Shown: positions 1 to 7,386 of the stretch, piece by piece
How the letters are laid out: every line of letters begins with the position of its first letter
Position numbering within the stretch: position 1 is the first letter of the stretch
NCBI GenBank assembly: GCA_033763455.1
Contig: JANRKO010000071.1
Coordinates: 1-13,576 of the forward strand
Source of the DNA: Polyangiaceae bacterium
GTDB taxonomy: Bacteria > Myxococcota_A > Polyangia > Polyangiales > Polyangiaceae
DNA length: 13,576 nucleotides
Direction of reading: 5' to 3'
Made by a program: the position numbers and the translations under genes
Notes under the pieces: model-generated
Told to the model about the DNA's origin: nothing
Databases searched by the model: none
Seen by the model: the letters and a program-made list of their open reading frames with translations, nothing else

Positions 1-1
1 A

Positions 2-454
2 GATGAGCTTCGGGCGCGGACGGTGTCCAGCGCCGCGCTCTTGACGCTGCTTCTGCTGAAAACAGCCCGTGGCAGCCAGACATTGGCGGCAGATTTGGAG
101 CGCTGGTTTGAGATTTTCAAGGCAGTGGCAGGGCTGCCGAATGGGATTGTGGCGGTGACGAAGATGCTGGAGTACGCTTTGAGGGTCGGGGAGGTGGCTC
201 CTCAGCCCCTGGTGCAAATCGCGAGCCGCATTCACCCCGACGTCGTGGAGAACGTTATGACTGGCGCAGAACAACTCAGGCAAGAAGGCATTGTTCAGGG
301 CGAGGCCAAGCTCCTCTTGAAGCTTCTGCGGCGAAAGTTCGGCGAGCTGCCCACAAGCGTGGAGCAGCGGTTGATGGCGGCGTCGACGGCGGAGATCGAG
401 CGTTGTGGTGAACTTGTGTTGACGGCTAAGACACTGGACGAAGTACTCAACTGA
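2..454 (+). CDS. Rpn family recombination-promoting nuclease/putative transposase, C-terminal part with DUF4351-like tail (5' end outside the window)
   Basis: Frame is open from position 2 (DELRARTVSSAALL...). It ends with VMTGAEQLRQEGIVQGEAKLLLKLLRRKFGELPTSVEQRLMAASTAEIERCGELVLTAKTLDEVLN, the characteristic Rpn/DUF4351 C-terminus. Stop TGA at 452-454. Confidence 0.8.
   Translation, partial: DELRARTVSSAALLTLLLLKTARGSQTLAADLERWFEIFKAVAGLPNGIVAVTKMLEYALRVGEVAPQPLVQIASRIHPDVVENVMTGAEQLRQEGIVQGEAKLLLKLLRRKFGELPTSVEQRLMAASTAEIERCGELVLTAKTLDEVLN
257..454 (+). CDS. Putative internally initiated small Rpn protein (Rpn-S-like antitoxin), 65 aa, same frame as Rpn
   Basis: GGAG at 247-250 lies 6 nt before an in-frame ATG at 257 that begins MTGAEQL, matching the MTxAEQL-type internal start of Rpn proteins. 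Confidence 0.5.
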   Translation: MTGAEQLRQEGIVQGEAKLLLKLLRRKFGELPTSVEQRLMAASTAEIERCGELVLTAKTLDEVLN

Positions 455-661
455 CCTGTCCTTCCTCGCTATGCGAAGATCATCGTAGAAGTGGACGGGC
501 GCTGTCATCTCAGCCGGGTCCAAAATGATGCTCGCCGAGATGTGAAGCTCGGAAGGCTCGGCTTCCGTGTCGTCCGGCTCCCGCATGAGGTCGTTTTGCG
601 GAATATGCCCGCTGCGGTCGCGCGAATTCTGGAAGCGCTGGCTGAGCTGCGGGGCGGATAA
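455..661 (+). pseudogene. DUF559/Vsr-like endonuclease C-terminal fragment
   Basis: Not in the ORF track. It translates as ...AKIIVEVDGRCHLSRVQNDARRDVKLGRLGFRVVRLPHEVVLRNMPAAVARILEALAELRGG* (TAA 659-661). The IVEVDG..H, D..RD..L...G.RV.R pattern is typical of DUF559. The N-terminal half and a usable start are missing. Confidence 0.7.
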
Positions 662-695
662 CATGCGAAACCTGGGGCTTCTAGCACAGTCGGAG

Positions 696-756
696 GCCTA
701 ATTGAACGTTGAAGCCGACAGCCGCTGCGGCTGCGGCTTAACGTGGATCATTAGGC
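696..756 (+). other. Integron attC-like recombination site (61 bp, non-canonical AAT/ATT core)
   Basis: GCCTAAT-TGAAC-GTTGAAGC-CGACAGCCG-CTG-CGGCTGCG-GCTTAAC-GTGGATC-ATTAGGC. It has complementary R''/R' boxes, L''/L' boxes with one extrahelical base, a second extrahelical A, and an unpaired central spacer. The layout closely resembles short aadA-type attC sites. Confidence 0.65.
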
Positions 757-764
757 ATGCTTTT

Positions 765-1415
765 CTAGCGCGAAGTGGCGCCGTCAATGGAAATGTCAGT
801 AAGTAGTTCTCGCACAATCGGACCTAGTGCGAAGCCGCCTCTCGGTGCTTCGTCAGCGTGACAAACTATCGCAGTGCCAGGATCCAATGCAGGCCCATTG
901 GGCACTTTCACAACGGCATGGTTTCCCTCGCCTACCCAAGCTCCGCCGGTTCGTTCGCGAAGGAGTTCACCTAGGTATGCGCACAGCATCCAGAACCGGT
1001 CCTTGTTATTCGTCCAGTAGTCGCCGGATCGACTCAACACCAATGCGTCAACCTTCGGAAGCGCGTCCGAAAGCGATGAGGAAGGGGCTACTCCAGCCTT
1101 CATGAGCAAATCAGAAACTCTCGCTTTGACACCATCAACAAATACTCTTGGGTCGGGAATGAGCGTTTCGACCGGATCGTGTGCTTGTCCAGTCACGACG
1201 CTCAGCACCACATTCCGAAAGACCTGCACCGAGGGCCATAGGCGCCAACTTCTATTCTCGTCGAGCTCAGTTAAGTAGCGTCCATCCGACAAGAAATACG
1301 CCCGACGTCCCAGGTCGTCTTTGTGTTCCCGGTCGAGTTGACCGCCAAGCTCCTCAATGAGGCGCATGGCGGCCTTGTTCGTCAGAGCAGTCGCGACTTT
1401 CCTGGGCACGTTCAA
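765..1415 (-). CDS. Hypothetical protein, putative immunity protein of the upstream toxin tip
   Basis: 216-aa ORF whose TTG start overlaps the toxin stop (TTGA at 1415-1412), with AGGATGG upstream. It contains AYLGELLRERTGGAW, a motif type I associate with uncharacterised toxin-adjacent proteins. Confidence 0.6.
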   Translation of the reverse strand: MNVPRKVATALTNKAAMRLIEELGGQLDREHKDDLGRRAYFLSDGRYLTELDENRSWRLWPSVQVFRNVVLSVVTGQAHDPVETLIPDPRVFVDGVKARVSDLLMKAGVAPSSSLSDALPKVDALVLSRSGDYWTNNKDRFWMLCAYLGELLRERTGGAWVGEGNHAVVKVPNGPALDPGTAIVCHADEAPRGGFALGPIVRELLTDISIDGATSR

Positions 1416-2108
1416 TCATCCATCCTATGGGATTCGGGCGCATGATCGTGCCATTTCCCTGCTCGACTGGGTGCACCGATCGGAAGCTCAACGTTGCGCC
1501 TCGACAGAACGCCGGGGTTCAAAACGTGCCCCGCCCCGATTCTGACCCGAGATTCATGTGTGTCAGTGTCAAGGACCTCCTCGATCGTGTGGTGGACGAT
1601 TAGGACGCCTCGTTTTGAAGCTTCCGCAATCACGTCGGCGCCAATTTGAACGCCGCCCGTCGTGACGAATCGGAGGACAGGAGGCAATCCAGATGTCGTT
1701 CTTGCTGCTTCCTGTTTTGACGCAACATCAATTAGACCTCGAATCTGGTGCTTTGAATCGGACAGATGGATGGTACTGCCCTGCTTCAGTGACTTAACCT
1801 CGTACAGCGTGCTGTCCTTTCTAACCTCGTTTGGAAACGCGCCGAAGAGGAACCCCGCGATGTTTCGTAGCCCTTGTGCAATGCTGTCCTCCGACTTCCA
1901 AAGTGTCTGATCTGCAACCCCGTCCGGCTGAACCGCGTTCCTCGCGCCAGATGTGGCCGCGGTTCTTTCCGCCGACTGGAACTGTCGGCCGTTCTCGCGG
2001 AGGGAAATAGTGTCCAACACGGAATTTTGAACCCATCTGCCGACCAGACGGTTTTCCAGAAGAGAACCAGGACTTGTTCCTTCGGTGATGCCTTTCAACC
2101 GCGCGATG
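1412..2108 (-). pseudogene. 5'-truncated gene encoding a PD-(D/E)xK (REase-fold) polymorphic-toxin-like C-terminal domain
   Basis: Motifs GRWVQNSVL ... VQPDGV ... YEVKS ... QIRGLID. The first ~9 codons of the listed ORF (2134-2109) lie inside the IS left inverted repeat, so the native gene is cut at 2108. It is coupled to a downstream ORF. Confidence 0.6.
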
Positions 2109-2133
2109 TGGACCTGATCCGGTTTGTTGGACA
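2109..2133 (+). repeat. IS3 left terminal inverted repeat
   Basis: TGGACCTGATCCGGTTTGTTGGACA versus the reverse complement of the right end, TGGAGCTGATCCGATTTGCTGGACA. Confidence 0.9.
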
Positions 2134-2168
2134 CCTAACAAAGAGAGTAATCTCTTGGAGTCCAAACC

Positions 2169-2462
2169 ATGGCAAAGAAGAAAGAACAGCGTACGAAAGA
2201 GTTCAAGCTTGAGGCCGTGCGGCTGGTGGAAGCCCGGGGTGATCGCAGCGTCACCGAGGTGGCCGACGACCTCGGCGTGCGCCCCAACCAGCTCTATGTG
2301 TGGCGTAAGCAGCTAAGGCATGAGCTTACAGCCAAGCGCAACGACAGAGGGGAGAGTATGGAGCAGGAGAATCGGCGCCTTCGCAAGGAAAACGAGCAGC
2401 TAAAGATTGAGCGAACCATATTAAAAAAAGCCGCGGCCTTCTTCGCGAAGGAAATCGAGTAG
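2169..2462 (+). CDS. IS3-family transposase OrfA (HTH + leucine zipper)
   Basis: KEFKLEAVRLV...SVTEVADDLGVRPNQLYVWRKQ HTH and ENRRLRKENEQLKIERTILKKAAAFFAKE zipper/terminus. GGAG at 2157-2160. Confidence 0.93.
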   Translation: MAKKKEQRTKEFKLEAVRLVEARGDRSVTEVADDLGVRPNQLYVWRKQLRHELTAKRNDRGESMEQENRRLRKENEQLKIERTILKKAAAFFAKEIE

Positions 2463-2495
2463 AAATCTACCGATTCATCCACGCGGAGAAGGCCG
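2423..2495 (+). promoter_or_regulatory. Programmed -1 ribosomal frameshift signal (A7 slippery run plus stimulatory stem-loop)
   Basis: TTA AAA AAA GCC at 2421-2432, then a 14-bp stem (2434-2447 with 2482-2495, one G-U) enclosing an inner hairpin (GTAG-AAAT-CTAC). The -1 frame reads KKSRGLLREGNRVEIYRFIHAEKAEF... into OrfB. Confidence 0.85.
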
Positions 2496-2530
2496 AATTC
2501 GAAGTTTCTACCCTGTGCCGCGTTCTGACG

Positions 2531-3334
2531 GTGAAACCAAGCGCGTACTACGCGTGGGCCAAACAGCCGCAATCAGCTAGCGAGCGCTCCGATCTTAAGC
2601 TCACCGGAACCGTCAAGGAAATTTTCGAGACGAGCAAGGAGCGCTACGGCGCGCCGCGCGTTCACCTGGAGCTCTCGGCGCGGGGCGTAAACGTCAGCCG
2701 CAAGCGCATTGCCCGATTGATGAAAGAGGCAGGATTAGCGGCCAAATCTCGAAAAAAGTTCAAACACACCACGGACTCAGCTCACGACAATCCCATCTCG
2801 CCCAATCTGCTTGAGCAACAATTCGAAGTCGCCGAGCCCAACGAAGTGTGGACGGGTGACATCACCTATCTGTGGACGCAAGAGGGTTGGCTGTACCTCG
2901 CTGTCGTCATCGACTTATTCTCACGGAGGGTCGTGGGCTGGGCTCTCAGCGAACGAATGACAGCGTCGCTCGTGTGCAACGCTTTTGACATGGCGACAGC
3001 GCTTCGGGTTCCACCGCCGGGCCTCATCTTTCATTCTGATCGAGGTAGCCAATACGCTAGCGCAGCATTTCGAAGCATGCTGCAACCCTATGAGGTGGTT
3101 CAAAGTATGAGTCGCAAAGGCAATTGCTGGGATAATGCCGTAACGGAAAGCTTCTTTGCCTCTCTCAAAAAGGAACTTGCGAGTGATGTTCCTTACCCCA
3201 CACGCGTTTCAGCTAAAGCAGATGTCTTTGAATACATTGAGGTGTTCTACAATCGGAAACGCATTCACACGTTTCTCGGAAACCTGAGCCCATCAACTTT
3301 TGAATCTTGCATCGCTCAAAAGTTGGCGGCATAG
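2531..3334 (+). CDS. IS3-family transposase OrfB (DDE/rve integrase core); frame is open upstream to the slippery site, giving OrfAB 2169-3334
   Basis: [62 protein letters not shown]. Confidence 0.95.
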   Translation: MKPSAYYAWAKQPQSASERSDLKLTGTVKEIFETSKERYGAPRVHLELSARGVNVSRKRIARLMKEAGLAAKSRKKFKHTTDSAHDNPISPNLLEQQFEVAEPNEVWTGDITYLWTQEGWLYLAVVIDLFSRRVVGWALSERMTASLVCNAFDMATALRVPPPGLIFHSDRGSQYASAAFRSMLQPYEVVQSMSRKGNCWDNAVTESFFASLKKELASDVPYPTRVSAKADVFEYIEVFYNRKRIHTFLGNLSPSTFESCIAQKLAA

Positions 3335-3346
3335 TCCTATGAAATC

Positions 3347-3371
3347 TGTCCAGCAAATCGGATCAGCTCCA
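3347..3371 (-). repeat. IS3 right terminal inverted repeat
   Basis: TGTCCAGCAAATCGGATCAGCTCCA, 22/25 complementary to the left end. Confidence 0.9.
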
Positions 3372-6266
3372 TACATCGCCAATCTCGCGAAGAAACTAGA
3401 GGCGGACAAGCATCCGCCAGAGACAGTCGCAACCTTCCTTATGCGCTGCCTGTTCACCATGTTCGCCGAGGATGTTGGTCTCCTTGGCGAAGGCACCTTC
3501 ACGAACGCATTGCGCGATTTCTGGATCAAGAGCCCCAAGTCCTTTCCCGGCGGAATCGAGTCTCTCTGGCGCGCAATGAACGAGGGTGGGGACTTCTTCA
3601 CCGTAGGGCGTCTCCTCAAGTTCAATGGCGGTCTCTTTGCGCAGCCGTCCGCGCTCCCACTGGACGAACACGCCCTCCGGCTTTTGCTCATGGCGGCCGA
3701 GTGCAATTGGGCCGACGTAGAGCCGGCCATCTTTGGCACTCTTCTCGAGCGCGCCCTCGACCCCAAAGAGCGGCATCGTCTTGGCGCCCACTACACGCCA
3801 CGCGCGTATGTCGAGCGGCTCGTTCGTCCAACCATTGAGGAGCCACTCCGTTCCGACTGGGACCTCGTTCAGGCGCAGGTACGGAAGCTGATCGGCGATG
3901 CTCACGGCGCAAAGACCGATAAGGATGCGAAGAAGAAGACGAAAGACGCCGCAAACCTCGTGCGGGAGTTTCACAAGAAGCTTGCGACCACGCGCGTCCT
4001 CGATCCTGCGTGCGGCTCGGGTAATTTCCTCTATGTAACGCTCGACCTATTCAAGCGACTCGAGGGCGAGGTGCTTGCCACACTGGAAGGGATCGGGGAG
4101 AAGCAAGAGCTTCTGCACATGGAGAGCGTGCGCGTTACGCCATCACAGTTTCTTGGCATCGAGGTAAAACGCTGGGCGAAGGAGATTGCCGAGCTCGTGC
4201 TTTGGATCGGCTACCTGCAGTGGCATTTTCGCATCTACGGGAAGAACCTGCCTGTTCCCGAGCCGGTGCTGCGGGATTATAAGAACATCGAGTGCCGCGA
4301 TGCGGTGCTGGCGTACGACTCGAAGGAGCTTGTTCACGACGAGAAGACGGGTAAGCCGATCACGCGTTGGGACGGGGAGACTATGAAGAAAAGCCCGGTG
4401 ACGGGCGAGGACGTGCCGGACGAAAGCGCGCGAATACCGCTCTATCGATATGTTAATCCTCGAAAAGCAAACTGGCCACAAGCGGACTTTATCGTCGGGA
4501 ACCCTCCATTCCTAGGCGGCTCCAGAATGCGAGACACGCTGGGGTCGGGCTACGCTGAAGCTCTCCGCGGTGCCTATGACGAGGTGCCGGAGTCTGCTGA
4601 CTTGGTGATGTATTGGTGGAGCAAGGCGGCAGACTTAACCATTGTAGGCCGTGTTCGCCGCTTTGGCCTGATCACCACTAAGGCGATTGCGCAGACTCTA
4701 AATCGCAAAGTGGTTGAGCGAGCTACGAAGACGGATCGCGGACTCTCCTTCGTATTCGCGATTCCGAATCACCCCTGAGTGGACGATGCCGAAGGTGCAC
4801 AAGTGCGTATAGCGATGACTGTTTGTACTGCTGGAATAATGGAAGGCTCGCTAGCCCTGGTTATCGACGAGGCCGCGGGTGACGAGGGCGGCGCCCCGCA
4901 GGTTCAACTCAGGTCGATGGCCGGAACGATACAAGCGGACCTCCGCATTGGGGTGTCGTTGCAGGATGCCGTGGATCTCATGTCCAATGACGGCCTCGCC
5001 AGCGAGGGGGTAAAACCGCATGGCATGGGTTTCGTCTTGGAACGGTCCGAAAGGGACGCCCTGCTCTCGACCGAGCCGCGCGCGATCTCAGTGGTCCGAC
5101 CGTACGTGAATGGACGAGACCTTCAACAGAAGACTCGCGACGTGTTCATCATCGACCTGTTTGGTCTACAACAGGCAGAAGTACGAACACGCTTGCCGAA
5201 CGTCTACCAATGGGTGGTGGAACGTGTAAAACCTGAGCGAGACCAGAATAATCGAGCCACCTATCGCGACAATTGGTGGATCTTCGGAGAGCCTCGCCGT
5301 GATTTGCGGCCTGCACTTTCAGATCTTACGCGTTACATCGCCACCGTGAAAACGGCCAAACATCGAGTTTTCGCATTCGTGCCGGCTACCACCATTGCCG
5401 ATAGCAAACTCATCGTTGTGGCACTGGCGGAACCGGCGCACCTTGGAGTTCTGTCGTCGCGCGTTCACCTCGTGTGGGCGTTAGCAGTTGGCGCTCGCCT
5501 TGGCGTCGGCGATGACCCAACGTACGTGAAGTCGAAGTGCTTCGACCAATTTCCATTTCCGGTGTTCGACGGAAGCGCGGCTCGCGTCGGCGGCGTGGCA
5601 ACTGAACTGGACGAGCACCGTAAAGCTCGGCAAGCGGCGCATCCGGACCTGACCATTACTGGCATGTACAACGTGCTCGAGAAGCTCCGCTCGGATGACG
5701 CTCTCAGCGCGAAAGACAAAGTAATTCACGAACAAGGCCTCGTCTCCGTACTCAAGAAGCTCCACGACGATCTCGACGCCGCAGTGTTCGACGCGTATGG
5801 CTGGCCCCACGATCTAACAGACGAACAGATCCTTGAGCGCCTCGTAGCACTGAACAAGGAGCGAGCCGAGGAAGAAAAACGCGGTCTCGTTCGCTGGCTC
5901 CGCCCCGAGTTTCAAAATCCATCCTCGAAAGCCGCTCCAATGCAGCAGGTGGAGCTGCCGACCGAGCCCAATGGGGACGATGAGGATGAGGATGGTAAAC
6001 CTGCGCTAAAGGCGAAAGCCACCGTGCCTTCGTGGCCGAAGAAGCTCGCCGAGCAGATCGCCACCGTGCGCGACCTCGTAACAAAGTCATCTACCGAATG
6101 GTCCGCCGAGAACGTCGCAGCGAACTTCAAGGGTGCCAAGATCGACGACGTGAGCGAGGTACTTGACAGCCTCGCCGCGCTCGGGCTCCTTGTGACCTAC
6201 GAGCTCGTTGAAGGGAGACGGTGGCGTTCGTCCGCGTTCGTGAGTGCAAGCCCGCCGCCAATTTGA
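3372..6266 (+). pseudogene. MmeI/YeeA-like type IIL/IIG restriction-modification enzyme (gamma-class amino-methyltransferase + target recognition domain), 5'-truncated by the IS, with an in-frame TGA at 4776-4778
   Basis: [10 protein letters not shown] (motif X), [12 protein letters not shown] (motif I), [10 protein letters not shown] (motif IV), then NWWIFGEPR, KHRVF, GVLSSRVH, CFDQFPFP and AVFDAYGWP. ORFs 3300-4778 and 4779-6266 are one frame, reading FAIPNHP*VDDAEGAQVRIAMTV where family members have W. The N-terminal nuclease region is absent. Confidence 0.88.
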
Positions 6267-6285
6267 AGGGGATGAATCGCGCACT

Positions 6286-7386
6286 ATGGCCTACTTTCTT
6301 GACCTGTTCTCGCCGGAAACCCATGCGATGTTTTCGGCGTCCGATCGCGGCATATCGGGGTTTCGCATTCGGCATCGAAAGGCTGCGGAGCGCGTAAAAC
6401 GCGGTGACGTATTCATCTGCTACCTCACTCGGCTATCGCGTTGGGTTGGTTTACTCGAGGTGGTGAGCGAGCCCTTTGAGGATGCTTCCCCGCTGTTCGT
6501 CGAGAAGGACGACCCTTTCGTTGTGCGCTTCAAAGTGAAGCCGTTGGTCTGGTTGCCACCAAGAGATGGCATTCCGATTCACGAGCAAAGCATCTGGTCG
6601 CGCCTCTCGTTCACAAAGGAACACGAACCGGATTCGACGACGTGGACCGGAGCCGTACGAACGAGCCTTGGGCGGATCTCTGATGAAGACGCGAAGTTCC
6701 TCGACGAACTGCTTCGGGCTCAGGCTGCCAAGCCGAAGGAGTACGCGCTCGACGCCGCCGAGGCCCGCGCGCTCCAGCCGCACAAGGTGCGCCGCGAAGA
6801 CGGTGAGGTAACGGTGTCCGTACCCGACGATCGGGCCGAACCGAAGGAAATCCAAGGCATTCCCGAGGCTCGCGAGTCCATCAAAGTGCAGGCTCTTCTT
6901 GCCCAAGTGGGCGCACGAATGGGCTTCCGCGTTTGGATCCCAGCGCCAGATCGAGCGGCAGTGCTAAAGGAGGCGCCGAGTGTGGACAAGGCTTTACTCG
7001 ATGCCCTGCCACTAAACTACGACAATACGACCCTGCGCACGATCGAGAACATTGATGTCCTCTGGCTCAAGGGGAGATCGATGGCGCGCGCGTTCGAGGT
7101 GGAGCACACGACGGCTATTTATTCCGGCATCCTGCGAATGGCCGATCTTTTGGCACTTCAGCCCAATATGGATATTCGGCTGCATATCGCCGCTCCCGAA
7201 GCTCGGAAGCAGAAGGTTTTTGATGAGATTCGTCGTCCCGTGTTCTCGCTTCTCCAGGGCAAGGCGCTTGCCGAGCGCTGCACGTTCCTTTCGTACGACA
7301 GCATCCGAGAACTTGCGAGTGTGAAGCATCTTGAGCACCTTTCAGATTCAGTGCTCGAGGAGTATGAGGAGGAAGCCAGCGCATGA
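6286..7386 (+). CDS. EVE (PUA-like) domain fused to a PD-(D/E)xK nuclease; candidate modification-dependent restriction enzyme
   Basis: N-terminal AYFLDLFSPET...VKRGDVFICYLTRLSRWVGLLEVVSEPF...PFVVRFKVKP is EVE-like. C-terminal ESIKVQALLA...IDVLWL...AFEVEHTTAIYSGILRMADL is REase-fold. ATG at 6286 is 19 nt after the MTase stop. Confidence 0.8.
   Translation: MAYFLDLFSPETHAMFSASDRGISGFRIRHRKAAERVKRGDVFICYLTRLSRWVGLLEVVSEPFEDASPLFVEKDDPFVVRFKVKPLVWLPPRDGIPIHEQSIWSRLSFTKEHEPDSTTWTGAVRTSLGRISDEDAKFLDELLRAQAAKPKEYALDAAEARALQPHKVRREDGEVTVSVPDDRAEPKEIQGIPEARESIKVQALLAQVGARMGFRVWIPAPDRAAVLKEAPSVDKALLDALPLNYDNTTLRTIENIDVLWLKGRSMARAFEVEHTTAIYSGILRMADLLALQPNMDIRLHIAAPEARKQKVFDEIRRPVFSLLQGKALAERCTFLSYDSIRELASVKHLEHLSDSVLEEYEEEASA

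Larger units (their letters stand above)
2109..3371 (+). mobile_element. IS3-family insertion sequence, 1263 bp
   Basis: TG...CA ends, 25-bp terminal inverted repeats matching at 22/25, orfA and orfB in -1 relative frame, DDE integrase core. Confidence 0.95.

Noticed and set aside
2103..3379. Longer IS ends including GCGATG (left) and CATCGC (right)
   Set aside because: The match needs a 2-nt offset, both flanks continue the reading frames of the truncated genes, and the canonical TG...CA ends are at 2109 and 3371.
5975..5995. GATGAG micro-repeat
   Set aside because: It simply encodes the acidic linker DDEDED in the MTase.
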